A stretch of 63,169 bases of DNA, counting the filler, from an uncultured bacterium (GTDB lineage Bacteria > CAZDME01 > JAYEMH01): the NCBI GenBank assembly GCA_964506785.1. It is 8 parts of 8 records of this genome, joined end to end, with 100 filler letters (N's around TTAATTAATTAA, not from the genome) between each part and the next. Parts side by side here need not be neighbours in the genome. Positions count along the whole stretch, not along the records: positions 17,321 to 25,340 come from CAZDME010000058.1; positions 25,441 to 33,345 come from CAZDME010000059.1; 6 more parts are not named here. One strand, written 5' to 3'. The notes under the pieces were generated by a model. The model was given only the letters and a program-made list of their open reading frames with translations. It searched no databases and was not told where the DNA came from. Below, one piece after another: positions 21,324-31,411 of this stretch. Each line of letters begins with the position of its first letter. Position 1 is the stretch's first letter. The translations under genes and the position numbers were made by a program.

Positions 21324-22851
21324 ATTTAACTGGAGATTAAAAGACCAGAGAGGGAAAATATATACCCGAAAGCACTTTCCTTCATTAATGCGGGCTTACC
21401 GCCGGGGAGAGATAGCCGAAGGGGATTTACTTTTCCAGAGTGACGAAACAAAACCCTGGGTTGAAATAAAAGACCTAAAAACCTTTTTTCAGAGCTTCCA
21501 AAAGAAAGATATTTTACGCAAGGAAAAATTAATTAACAAAAAGGTGCTCAATGTCCGCACCTTCCATTTTACTTTCCTATTGTTTGTTTTCATAACGCTT
21601 TCTTTTATCGTTATTTATCTGGGTTTTACTGGACGGGTGCTTCCTTCTTTCTTTGGAAAAATCATCAGTGTTCGCTCAAAGACGGTTTCCATTGCTTTGA
21701 GCTTGGTGTTTTTAGCGTTTTTTCTATTTTTCCCCATAACTATTTTTTATACGGCTATCCTTCGCTGGGTCAATAAAATAAAAAAATATTTTCTGGAGCA
21801 GGAAGAAAAACAAACTGACCAAACAGCGAGTTTCAAAGCGGTTGAAAAGCTATCTAAAGATTTAAACTCCAGCTTGGAAAAGACCGGTTTGGTTAGATCA
21901 ATCCTTAATTCTGCGGTCAAAACCTCGCAGTTTTCCGCCGCGTTTCTTTTGTTGCATAGTTATCAAATTAACTCGTTTATTTACGAAGCTGGTTTAAAAG
22001 TCGACCGGACGATGTTTAAAAAAATTGAATATAAATTTGAAGAGCCGATAATTAAAGAAATCCTGCGGGATAAAGACAATATTTGGCTTGAGGATATTGC
22101 CAATCCAAAGTTTAACTTTTTTTTGCGTCCAGACAAAATTCCGTTATTGGAAGGAGCTACATCCTTTCTATTAATTCCTCTGGTAGTGGGGGATGATTTT
22201 TTAGGCCTCTTAGGGCTCTATGGTCCAAGGGATAAATTCAAGCAGTTCCAGCAGCATCCTATTCTTTCTTCTATTTTAAAGAGCCAGGCATCTTTAGCTT
22301 TAGGGAGCGCCATTCAGTCCGAATTGGCAATTTTAGATAGACTTACCGGTTTATTGAATCATGAGTATTTTATGATGCGTTTAGCGGAAGAAATCGAACG
22401 TTCCCGCCGGTTTCATTTAGCAACCAGTTTTTTAATGATTGATTTAGACCATTTTAAACGAATAAATGACACTTATGGACATCAGATAGGCGATGAAGTT
22501 TTAAAATCGGCGGCGGCAATTTTTAAAGAAAATATCCGGATAGTCGATTTCTGCGGCCGTTATGGCGGTGAGGAATTTGCTATTATCCTGGTCGATACCG
22601 ATATCGATGGAGCCAAGACGAAGGCAGAAGAGCTAAGAAAAATTATCGAACAAAAATCTTTTTCTTTTCAGAACCAAGATTTAAAATTGACCGTTAGCCT
22701 TGGTTTACATACCTGGAAGTGGCCGGAAGATAGTGATTTGTCCATCCCGGATTTAATAAAGAGGGCTGATAAAGAACTGTATCGCGCCAAAAAAGAAGGA
22801 AGAAATAGAATCTGCTTTACGGTTAACGGCCAGCCTTTAAGCCTGCCTTAA
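21316..22851 (+). CDS. Membrane diguanylate cyclase (GYF_2-like N-terminus, 2 TM, GAF-like, GGDEF)
   Basis: DRLTGLLN, DLDHFKRINDTYGHQIGD, RIVD I-site, RYGGEEF. Confidence 0.92.
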   Translation: MIEFNWRLKDQRGKIYTRKHFPSLMRAYRRGEIAEGDLLFQSDETKPWVEIKDLKTFFQSFQKKDILRKEKLINKKVLNVRTFHFTFLLFVFITLSFIVIYLGFTGRVLPSFFGKIISVRSKTVSIALSLVFLAFFLFFPITIFYTAILRWVNKIKKYFLEQEEKQTDQTASFKAVEKLSKDLNSSLEKTGLVRSILNSAVKTSQFSAAFLLLHSYQINSFIYEAGLKVDRTMFKKIEYKFEEPIIKEILRDKDNIWLEDIANPKFNFFLRPDKIPLLEGATSFLLIPLVVGDDFLGLLGLYGPRDKFKQFQQHPILSSILKSQASLALGSAIQSELAILDRLTGLLNHEYFMMRLAEEIERSRRFHLATSFLMIDLDHFKRINDTYGHQIGDEVLKSAAAIFKENIRIVDFCGRYGGEEFAIILVDTDIDGAKTKAEELRKIIEQKSFSFQNQDLKLTVSLGLHTWKWPEDSDLSIPDLIKRADKELYRAKKEGRNRICFTVNGQPLSLP

Positions 22852-22859
22852 AATTCCCC

Positions 22860-23567
22860 ATGTTAATTCGACTAAATAAACTGTTTTCGCAAGCCGGCAT
22901 AGCTTCCCGTCGTCAAGCAGAAAAATTCATAAAGCTGGGGAAAGTCAAAGTCAATGACAAGGTGGTAAAAGATTTAGGGCGAAAGGTTGATTTTGAGAAA
23001 GATAAGATTGAATTTCAGGGAAAGCCCGTTCTTATCCAGGGAAAAGCCCATTTTATCGTTAATAAGCCGAAAGGATACCTTTGTACCACCCGTGATAGAT
23101 TTAACCGGCCCAAAGTTACCGATTTGGTTAAGGATAAAAAAACAAGGTTTTATCCGGTTGGCCGGCTTGATTTGGACACCGAAGGTCTTTTAATTATGAC
23201 CAATGATGGGGATTTAGCCTATAAATTGACCCATCCGCGCCATCATATTCCTAAGGTTTATCAGGCCGGCTTAAACAGGCCTTTATGCCAAAGGGATAGA
23301 AAAAGATTAGAGAAAGGGGTTAAATTACAAGAAGGAAAGACACTGCCGGCTAAAATTTTAAACTTAGGCGGAAATAAAATAGAGATTACTATATATGAAG
23401 GAAAAAAAAGACAAATAAAAAGGATGTTAGCTTTATTTAATTATAAAGTGAAGGAACTTAAAAGAATAGCTATTGGACCGCTCAAGTTAGGAAATTTAGC
23501 CTCAGGTGGCTCAAGAAAGCTCAAACCCGGGGAAATAGCCGCCTTACTTAAAAACAGGCATATTTGA
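22860..23567 (+). CDS. rluB: RsuA/RluB-family pseudouridine synthase
   Basis: S4 domain IASRRQAE; NKPKG; PVGRLDLDTEG; EGKKRQIKRM. Confidence 0.9.
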   Translation: MLIRLNKLFSQAGIASRRQAEKFIKLGKVKVNDKVVKDLGRKVDFEKDKIEFQGKPVLIQGKAHFIVNKPKGYLCTTRDRFNRPKVTDLVKDKKTRFYPVGRLDLDTEGLLIMTNDGDLAYKLTHPRHHIPKVYQAGLNRPLCQRDRKRLEKGVKLQEGKTLPAKILNLGGNKIEITIYEGKKRQIKRMLALFNYKVKELKRIAIGPLKLGNLASGGSRKLKPGEIAALLKNRHI

Positions 23568-23616
23568 GCGTGAAAAGGTAACATAAGATATAGCAACGGG
23601 CATCGTTATATCTTTC

Positions 23617-23674
23617 CTCTTTCCAGACCCACTCCAGACACATTCCAAACACATTCCAAACACAGAGCAAACAC
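23617..23674. repeat. Five imperfect 11-bp tandem repeats
   Basis: CTCTTTCCAGA CCCACTCCAGA CACATTCCAAA CACATTCCAAA CACAGAGCAAA CAC. Confidence 0.8.
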
Positions 23675-23863
23675 AAGTTTTGTTTTTCTCCCTTTTTCCT
23701 CAAAACTCTTTACCTATCTTTTTTACTCACCTTTTTCCAATGACGGGAAAAGTATAACACATAAAATCGGAAAAGTCAAATTTATCTATCCCATCTGGTT
23801 TAAAACTGGATGGGTTTTTTGTTTTTAAATGGGGTTTTAAATAAAAAGAGAGGGGGGTGAAAA

Positions 23864-24064
23864 ATGCAAGCAAAACCGAATTATAGAGTAAAAGCTGAAA
23901 TTATTCGTAAAGGATATCTCTTGCAGGATTTTGCGAAAAAGGCCGGGATTAATAACAAAACATTATCGCGTGTAATTAATGGATGGGAAATCCCGACACT
24001 TACGATTGAGAGAAAAATCGCTAAAGCTTTGCGGATAAAAAGAGAAAAGCTTTTTAAAAAATAA
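23864..24064 (+). CDS. XRE/Cro-type HTH protein
   Basis: FAKKAGINNKTLSRVINGWEIP...KIAKAL; GGGGGTG RBS. Confidence 0.85.
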   Translation: MQAKPNYRVKAEIIRKGYLLQDFAKKAGINNKTLSRVINGWEIPTLTIERKIAKALRIKREKLFKK

Positions 24065-24084
24065 CGAAGAAAGCCAGGTGAAAA

Positions 24085-24981
24085 ATGGAAGAAAAAAAAG
24101 CAACAATCGGGGGAAGCGAAATTTCTATTGTGCTGGGCCTCAATAGATGGAAAACGCCTTTAAGACTTTGGGCCGAAAAGACTGGGAAAATTAAAACAGA
24201 GGATATTTCAGACAGAGAATATATACAGCTGGGGAATGAGCTTGAAGATTTTGTGGCCCGGAAATTTGCCCGGATAACAGATAAAAAGGTAAGGAGAGAT
24301 ACCAAAACATTCAGACACAAAGGCTATCCTTACATGATAGGCCATATTGACCGCCGGATTGTAGGGACCGATGAATTATTAGAATGTAAGACTTGCAATG
24401 CCTGGAAAGCTCATGAGTGGGAAGGAGACGAAATTCCTCAAGAATATATACTCCAGGTTTTATGGTATCTCGGTATTTTAGGAATGTCAAAGGGGTATAT
24501 TGCTGTTTTAATCGGCGGCCAGAAATTTACCTGGAAAGAGATTGCTTTTGATAAAGACCTTTTTGACAAAATGGTAGAAGCGGCGAAAGAATTTGTTGAG
24601 CATTACATAGAGGAAGATATAGCGCCGGTAGCGATGTCTGGTGATAGCTCAACGCTTAACAGGATATTCCCGGAGCAAAAAGAAGATATTATCCAAACCG
24701 AAGATAAAGATATAGTCGTATTACTTGATGAGCTTCAAGCTTTAAAAAGGATAATTGCTGATACTGAAAAAGAAAAAGAAGAAAAAGAAGCAAAGCTAAA
24801 ACAGAAGATAGGAGAATCAGAGGGATTGGAAACTCCTTTATATAAAGCTGTTTGGAAGGCTCAGACGTTTTCTCGCGTGGATACCAAAAAATTAAAAGCG
24901 GATGGAATCTACGATAAGTATTTAGTTGAAACACCAACAAGAGTGTTACGGATAAACAAAAAGAAGAAAGGAGATAAATAA
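24085..24981 (+). CDS. YqaJ-family viral recombinase/exonuclease
   Basis: IGGSEISIVLGLNRWKTPLRLWAEKTG, GHIDR, LECKT, YILQVLWY. Confidence 0.93.
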   Translation: MEEKKATIGGSEISIVLGLNRWKTPLRLWAEKTGKIKTEDISDREYIQLGNELEDFVARKFARITDKKVRRDTKTFRHKGYPYMIGHIDRRIVGTDELLECKTCNAWKAHEWEGDEIPQEYILQVLWYLGILGMSKGYIAVLIGGQKFTWKEIAFDKDLFDKMVEAAKEFVEHYIEEDIAPVAMSGDSSTLNRIFPEQKEDIIQTEDKDIVVLLDELQALKRIIADTEKEKEEKEAKLKQKIGESEGLETPLYKAVWKAQTFSRVDTKKLKADGIYDKYLVETPTRVLRINKKKKGDK

Positions 24982-24983
24982 AG

Positions 24984-25340
24984 ATGGCTAAGTTGAATGA
25001 AGTTAAAAAAGCAGTTACAACAACAAACAAAACAGATTTGCCGACTCTTATAAAAAATAGTGTTGGGGAGCTTAAAAAAGCATTGCCGCAACATATGAAT
25101 GCTGAAAGATTGGTTAGAATTGCCTTAACTTCTATGAGGCTCAATCCAGAATTATATAAATGCACATCAGAAAGTTTTTTGGGTGCTTTGTTTCAATCGG
25201 CCCAGCTTGGATTAGAGCCGAATATTGAAGGGCAGGCATATATTTTGCCTTTCAACAATAGGCGTAAATTCGGGGAAAGGGATTATAGAACAATTAAAGA
25301 GGCGCAGTTCTTAATTGGCTATAAAGGGTATGCAGAGCTC
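24984..25340 (+). CDS. recT: RecT-family single-strand annealing protein, 3'-truncated
   Basis: KALPQHMNAERLVRIALT, SAQLGLEP, GQAYILPF, QFLIGYKG. Confidence 0.93.
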
Positions 25341-25440
25341 NNNNNNNNNNNNNNNNNNNNNNNNNNNNNNNNNNNNNNNNNNNNTTAATTAATTAANNNN
25401 NNNNNNNNNNNNNNNNNNNNNNNNNNNNNNNNNNNNNNNN
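25341..25440. other. Artificial contig linker 3
   Basis: N-run with TTAATTAATTAA. Confidence 0.99.
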
Positions 25441-26100
25441 GACTTCAAGAGAATCCAAAAGCCCTCTTAGTTTTTTCCCTATTGGCGCCATTAATTCACT
25501 ATGAAAAGGCCCGGAGACCCTAAGCAACACCACCCGTCTGGCGCCTCTTCTCCGGGATAGTCTCACCCCTTCATCTACGGCCAAACTTTCGCCGGAGATA
25601 ACTGTTTGATTCGGAGAATTAAAATTAGCAATGGAAATTACACCTTTAGATTCTGCCGCCTGGCAAATTTTTTGAATTTCTGCGGCCGGGAGACCAATAA
25701 TTGCCGCCATTTTGCCCGGATGTTCCCGGGACGCCTCAGCCATCCAGAAACTGCGTTTTTGGACTAATTTTAAACCGTCCGGAAGAGAAAAAGCACCGGC
25801 CGCCGTTAAAGCGGAATATTCCCCTAAACTGTGTCCAGCCATAACCTCCGGGAAAATATTTGCTTCATTCAACCTCTGATAACAGGATAAACTAGTCAAA
25901 AAAATGGCCAGCTGGGAAAGAGAAGTATCCTCTAAAGACTCTGCTTCCCCGTTAAAAATTTTTTCTTCTAACTTAATATTTAACATGTCTTGAGCCTGCC
26001 TATAGAGACTTCGGCTTTCTTCCGAACTCTCGAAAAAATCCTTGCCCATACCCGGATATTGCGAGCCCTGTCCGGGAAATAAAAATGCGATTCTATTCAT
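25441..26100 (-). CDS. fabD: Malonyl-CoA:ACP transacylase, 3'-truncated
   Basis: FPGQGSQ, GHSLGEY, VSGPFHS. Confidence 0.97.
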
Positions 26101-26184
26101 CTCTAAAAGCAGTTTGTAAACGGCATTAAATACACAGCAGAAAAATTACTGATTAACACCTGCTCTTTATTGTTTAATTGTTAC

Positions 26185-27171
26185 TCACCACTTAATTACA
26201 CAGGAACCCCAGGTCAAACCTCCGCCAAAGGCAACTAAAACAACGACATCACCCGGTTTGATTCTTTTCTCCCGAAGGGCGTCGTCTAAACCAATAATGG
26301 TTGAGGCCGCCGAAATGTTGCCGTATTTTTCAATATTAAGGAAAATTCTCTCCTCCGGCAGTTTTAATCTTTTTGCCGCGGCATTAATGATGCGAATATT
26401 GGCTTGATGCGGAATAAGACAAGCAACATCCTCACAGGTTAAACCACACTGAGCTAAGGCCCTTTGGGCAGATTCAGCCATGAGTTTAACCGCTATTTTA
26501 AATAATTCATTGCCGGACATTCTCATATAATGCATGCCTTCCTCGACTGTTTTATGACTAGCGGGAAGACGAGAACCACCAGCCGGTAGTTTCAAAAGGT
26601 CCCCAGCGCTGCCATCGGCTCCCAAATAAACAGAGATAATACCTTTCCCTTCGGGAACCGGCCGGATGACAGCCGCACCGGCCCCATCGCCCAAAAGAAC
26701 ACAGGTACCTCGATCCTTCCAGTTAGTAATCTTGGAAAGAGTTTCGGCGCCAATCACTAAAATATTTTTATACATTCCGCTGGCAATATATCCCTTCGCT
26801 ATGGACAAACCATAGATAAATCCAGAACAAGCCGCGCTCACATCCATTGCCGCCGCATTTACGGCCTTGAGTTTGTCCTGGACAACACAGGCGGTTGAGG
26901 GAAAAATCGTATCCGGGGTAGCCGTGGCCAGAAGTATTACTTCAATATCCCGAGGAGTAAGTCCGGCGGCAGCAATTGCTTTTTTTGCCGCCTCCACGGC
27001 TAAATCAGAAGTAGCCACATCGTCATCGGCAATTCTTCTCTCTTTTATACCGGTTCGGCTAACAATCCACTCATTACTGGTATTGACCATTTTCTCTAAG
27101 TCGGCGTTAGTAAGAATTCGCGGCGGAAGGTATGAACCAACACCAACAATCCCCGCGTTAATTTTAGCCAA
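26185..27171 (-). CDS. fabH: Beta-ketoacyl-ACP synthase III
   Basis: AACSGF, PHQAN, YGNISAAS, FGGGLTWG. Confidence 0.98.
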   Translation of the reverse strand: MAKINAGIVGVGSYLPPRILTNADLEKMVNTSNEWIVSRTGIKERRIADDDVATSDLAVEAAKKAIAAAGLTPRDIEVILLATATPDTIFPSTACVVQDKLKAVNAAAMDVSAACSGFIYGLSIAKGYIASGMYKNILVIGAETLSKITNWKDRGTCVLLGDGAGAAVIRPVPEGKGIISVYLGADGSAGDLLKLPAGGSRLPASHKTVEEGMHYMRMSGNELFKIAVKLMAESAQRALAQCGLTCEDVACLIPHQANIRIINAAAKRLKLPEERIFLNIEKYGNISAASTIIGLDDALREKRIKPGDVVVLVAFGGGLTWGSCVIKW

Positions 27172-27281
27172 ATCTTCCTCCTTGCTGCCTAACTAATATG
27201 CCTCCGCATGGCCTATCACAATAAAAAGATACAGATTGATTTCCCTTTTTTGACACAGGCAGAAAAATTAGCGGATATCCC

Positions 27282-28271
27282 TCATGCATATTTGCTTATG
27301 CTTTCTGTAATATGCTTGTTTATTTCGAAATCAATGAATTTCTCGGCTACAAGAATAGCATTTTTAATCGCTTTAGCCGAAGAGGCGCCATGAGCAATAA
27401 TGCAAACTCCATTTATTCCTAAAAGAGGAGCTCCGCCATATTCCGAATAATCGGTTTTCTTTTTCAAACCTTTAAAAGCGCTGCCCATAAAATATGCTCC
27501 AATTTTAGCGACAATTTCTTTAGATATTTCTTCGCGGAGAAGCTCCTTAAACGTCTGTCCCAGGCTTTCACTGACCTTTAAGACGATATTTCCCAAAAAA
27601 CCGTCACAAACAATAACATCAGCCTTGCCGCTAAAAACTTCTGTCCCCTCGATATTACCGATAAAATTTAAAGGTGACGATTTAAACAACTTATAGGCGG
27701 CTTTAGTCAATTCATTCCCTTTGCTTTCTTCTTCCCCGATACTTAATAAAGCAATGCGGGGTTTACGTTTTTTTAAAATATAGCCGGCATAAATCTCTCC
27801 CATCACCCCAAATTGAAAAAGATGCTTCGGTCGGCAATCTACATTAGCCCCAACATCTAAAAGAACAGAGGTTCCCTGCATGGTCGGTAAAGGAATGGCA
27901 ATAGCCGGCCTGGCCACTCCCTTTAAAGTCCTTAAGTTTAAAATACTGGCGGCAACGGCGGCACCGGTATTTCCAGCGGTAACTACGGCTATCATTTCCC
28001 CGCCTTTAGCAAATTTGATTGCTTTGACAATGGAAGAATCCTTTTTCTTGCGGATAGCCACGGTGGGGGCTTCATGCATCTGGACAACCTGGCTGGCCGG
28101 ATAAATAGAAATATTCGAGGGTTTTTTATATCTGCCTAATTCTTTTTTAATAGCTGATTCATCTCCGACAAGAATTAACTCGGCATCAATATTCTCCGAA
28201 GCCTGAACGGCCCCTTCGACAATTGCCCGGGGAGCATATTCTCCGCCCATGGCATCAATAGCAATTTTCAT
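27282..28271 (-). CDS. plsX: Phosphate acyltransferase PlsX
   Basis: IAIDAMGG, AGNTGA, LDVGAN, CDGFLGN, YGGAPLLG. Confidence 0.98.
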   Translation of the reverse strand: MKIAIDAMGGEYAPRAIVEGAVQASENIDAELILVGDESAIKKELGRYKKPSNISIYPASQVVQMHEAPTVAIRKKKDSSIVKAIKFAKGGEMIAVVTAGNTGAAVAASILNLRTLKGVARPAIAIPLPTMQGTSVLLDVGANVDCRPKHLFQFGVMGEIYAGYILKKRKPRIALLSIGEEESKGNELTKAAYKLFKSSPLNFIGNIEGTEVFSGKADVIVCDGFLGNIVLKVSESLGQTFKELLREEISKEIVAKIGAYFMGSAFKGLKKKTDYSEYGGAPLLGINGVCIIAHGASSAKAIKNAILVAEKFIDFEINKHITESISKYA

Positions 28272-28281
28272 GATTGGCCTT

Positions 28282-28482
28282 TTATTCTTCTTTCTTCTTC
28301 TCTTTTACCTTGATTTCCATAACCTTTTTGCCGCCGTAAAAGCCGCAATGAGGACAAACGCGGTGCGGCTTTTTAGGACGGCGACATTGCGGGCAAAGCG
28401 TAATATCAGGAACATTTAATTTTTGATGCGTCCGTCTTTTAGCCTGCCGCGCGCGGGAATGTCTTCTTTTCGGTAAACCCAT
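28282..28482 (-). CDS. rpmF: 50S ribosomal protein L32 (Zn-ribbon type)
   Basis: PKRRHS; CPQC...PHRVCPHCGFY. Confidence 0.97.
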   Translation of the reverse strand: MGLPKRRHSRARQAKRRTHQKLNVPDITLCPQCRRPKKPHRVCPHCGFYGGKKVMEIKVKEKKKEE

Positions 28483-28598
28483 TTTTTCTCCTATCTTGAA
28501 CTTTAGAGACTTCCAAACCCTAAATTACTTCAAATAAGCATTGAAACAGGTAAAACGGAAAATGCAGAACCATAGCGTAAAACTCGGAGATTCCGCCT

Positions 28599-29798
28599 TT
28601 ATGATTTCACTAATTCGAATGTTTCCTGGGCAATTCTCAGCTCTTCATTTGTCGGAACAACTAAAACGATAACCTTGGAATCAGGAGAGCTAATTATTCT
28701 TTCTCGGGGAAACCCGGCCTCGTTTTTCCCTTTATCAATCTTAATACCTAAAAAATCCATATTTTTACAAATTAATTCTCTAATCTTCTCCTGATTTTCT
28801 CCGATACCCGCGGTAAAAATTAAGACATTTAAACCATCCATAACGGCAGCATAGGAACCAATATATTTTTTAATTCGGTAAACAAAAATTTTTAAAGCCA
28901 ACTCAGCCTGTTCGTTCCCTTCTATAGAGGCCTTGTAAATATCCCGCATGTCATTGCTGATATCAGAAAGCCCCAGGAGTCCACTTTTTTCATTTAAAAG
29001 CCTATTTATCTTTTTAAGCCCCAAACGTTCTTTCTCCATTAAATAGAAAATCACTCCGGGATCAATATCACCACAACGGGTGCCCATAATCAAGCCTTCT
29101 AACGGAGTAAGCCCCATAGAAGTATCAATCGATTTTCCATCTTTAATTGCCGTCATACTACAACCGTTCCCTAAATGGCAGGAGATTAATTTCAAAGTAT
29201 TGAGGGGCTTTTTGAGCAACTCGGCGGTGCGGAGGGATATAAATTTATGCGAAGTACCGTGAAATCCGTAGCGCCTCACCTTATCTTTTCTATATAATTC
29301 CATCGGCAATCCGTAAAGATAAGCATAAGGAGGAATGGTTTGATGAAAAGCGGTATCAAAAACAGCTACCTGAGGAATACGCGGGAATAAACTTTCCGAG
29401 GCTAAAATCCCTTCAAGATTATGGGAATTATGAAGCGGGGCCAATCTTGCGTATTCTTTGATATTTTTCTTGACCGTTTTATTGATTATAATCGAGGCTG
29501 TGAATTTTTCCCCGCCGTGGACAACCCGATGGCCAATAGCCTTAATCTCTTTAACGCTTTTAATGACACCATGTTGTTCGGAAGTAAGAAATTTGATCAT
29601 TACTTTTATAGCCGCCTTATAAGTGGTAACCCGTTTTTTTTCTTCTATTTCGAGTCTCCCTTGAGGATGATAATGGCAAAGGCAGCCTTTCCGGCCAATG
29701 CGTTCAATCAAGCCTTTGGCCAGAAGATTTTTTAACCTCATATTAAAAAGTTGATATTTAAGGGAAGAACTACCGCAGTTTATGACTAATATTTTCAT
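28599..29798 (-). CDS. ackA: Acetate kinase
   Basis: INCGSSSLK, GHRVVHGG, FDTAFH, YGFHGTSH, TNEE. Confidence 0.98.
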   Translation of the reverse strand: MKILVINCGSSSLKYQLFNMRLKNLLAKGLIERIGRKGCLCHYHPQGRLEIEEKKRVTTYKAAIKVMIKFLTSEQHGVIKSVKEIKAIGHRVVHGGEKFTASIIINKTVKKNIKEYARLAPLHNSHNLEGILASESLFPRIPQVAVFDTAFHQTIPPYAYLYGLPMELYRKDKVRRYGFHGTSHKFISLRTAELLKKPLNTLKLISCHLGNGCSMTAIKDGKSIDTSMGLTPLEGLIMGTRCGDIDPGVIFYLMEKERLGLKKINRLLNEKSGLLGLSDISNDMRDIYKASIEGNEQAELALKIFVYRIKKYIGSYAAVMDGLNVLIFTAGIGENQEKIRELICKNMDFLGIKIDKGKNEAGFPRERIISSPDSKVIVLVVPTNEELRIAQETFELVKS

Positions 29799-29896
29799 CT
29801 TATTGTCTCATTTTTCTATGTTTCTTAGCTTTTATCTTTTTGAAAACTTTATTCTTCTTTTACCATGGGCTATGAGCTATCAGCCAAGTCAAACTG

Positions 29897-30889
29897 TCAA
29901 GATAATGCCGCCATAATGGCACTGCAATTAGTAACATCCCGGACACAACAACCCCGGGAAAGATCACTGACCGGTTTACTTAAACCCTGAAGAATTGGGC
30001 CGTAGGATTCTGCTTTTGCTAAACGTTCTACTAATTTATAACCGATATTCCCGGCGTCAAGATCGGGAAAAATAAGAACGTTAGCCCGGCCTTCAACCGG
30101 ACTGCCCGGCGCCTTTCTCGCGGCAACCTCCGGGGAAATAGCCGCGTCAACCTGCAATTCGCCGTCAATAATCAATTCGGGCCTTTTCCCTTTGACAATC
30201 CATGCAGCTTTTTGAACCTTTTCTACCATCCGGTGCACAGCACTGCTTTTAGTGGAGAAAGAAAGCATGGCCACTCTGGGCTCGTAATTTAATAATGAAA
30301 CAAGATTATCCGCCGTGGAAATAGCAATATTGGCTAACTGCTGGGAGGAAGGTTCAGGAATAATACCGGCGTCGGCAAAAAGAAACGTTCCTTCTTCGCC
30401 GTAAGAACAATCGGGAATAATCATCAAAAAATAGCTGGAAATAGTCTGCCCCTTCTTGGCCGGCCCGATTATTTGGAAAGCCACCCGAAAAACATCAGCG
30501 GTAGTATTGGCCGCGCCAGCTACCATGGCATCTCCCTGACCTTTGGCCACCATCATGGCTCCGAAAAATAAAGGATTGCTAAACTCTTTTTTCGCTTCGT
30601 CTTTATCTATTTTATTTTGAAACATGCCGCAGAAATTCTCAATGAATTCCTCGGCTCTTGAATCCTTTAAAAAATCAATAATCTCAATTTTGTCCAAATC
30701 CAAGTTTTCACCAATTCTTCCTGCCTGATTTATAATGTTGTCGGGCTGACCGAGTAAAACCGGCTTGGCTAAATTTAAATTTACAATCTGGGAAGCAGCC
30801 TGGATTACCCTGTCATCATTCCCTTCGGGAAGGATTATTGTCTTTTCTTTAAGCCTCGCTTTTTCGTAAATAATTTCTAAAGGACGCAT
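29897..30889 (-). CDS. pta: Phosphate acetyltransferase
   Basis: LPEG, LSFSTK, DGELQVDAA, FPDLDAGNIGYK, DLSRGC. Confidence 0.96.
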   Translation of the reverse strand: MRPLEIIYEKARLKEKTIILPEGNDDRVIQAASQIVNLNLAKPVLLGQPDNIINQAGRIGENLDLDKIEIIDFLKDSRAEEFIENFCGMFQNKIDKDEAKKEFSNPLFFGAMMVAKGQGDAMVAGAANTTADVFRVAFQIIGPAKKGQTISSYFLMIIPDCSYGEEGTFLFADAGIIPEPSSQQLANIAISTADNLVSLLNYEPRVAMLSFSTKSSAVHRMVEKVQKAAWIVKGKRPELIIDGELQVDAAISPEVAARKAPGSPVEGRANVLIFPDLDAGNIGYKLVERLAKAESYGPILQGLSKPVSDLSRGCCVRDVTNCSAIMAALS

Positions 30890-30925
30890 TTCTACAGTTT
30901 ACGGTTAACCATGTACAGTGTACAG

Positions 30926-31411
30926 TTAGGCGCGATTTAACTTCGTTTTTAACTTTTCTTCCACATAAGACGGAACAAAATGTTTCGCATCCCCTCCCAA
31001 AGCAACGATTTCTTTAAGAATGCGCGAACTAAAATAGGCGTATCTTTCATTAGGCATCAAAAAAAGTGTTTCAACCTTGCCAGCTAAACTCCGGTTAGTC
31101 AAAGCCATTTGAAATTCAAATTCAAAATCAGAAATAGCCCTAAGACCCCGGACAATTACCTTAGCTTCTTTCTTCAGGGCATAATTTACCAACAACCCCT
31201 TAAAATCGTCTATGACAACATTAGAGAACTTTTTAGTCGCTTGTTCAAGCAGAAGTCGCCTCTCGGCAACGTTAAAAAGTGTCTTCTTTGCTTGATTGCG
31301 GGCAATGGCCACAATCAACCGGTCAAAAATAGCCGAAGCCCTCTCTATCAAATCAATATGCCCGTAGGTAACAGGGTCAAAACTTCCTGGATAAATGGCG
31401 ACTTTTTTCAT
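30926..31411 (-). CDS. coaD: Phosphopantetheine adenylyltransferase
   Basis: YPGSFDPVTYGH, VRGLRAISDFEFE; start ATG 31411. Confidence 0.97.
   Translation of the reverse strand: MKKVAIYPGSFDPVTYGHIDLIERASAIFDRLIVAIARNQAKKTLFNVAERRLLLEQATKKFSNVVIDDFKGLLVNYALKKEAKVIVRGLRAISDFEFEFQMALTNRSLAGKVETLFLMPNERYAYFSSRILKEIVALGGDAKHFVPSYVEEKLKTKLNRA

Noticed and set aside
23617-23674. CRISPR array
   Set aside because: The 11-bp units are contiguous with no spacers, and no cas genes or 25-40-bp spaced repeats were seen anywhere in the window.
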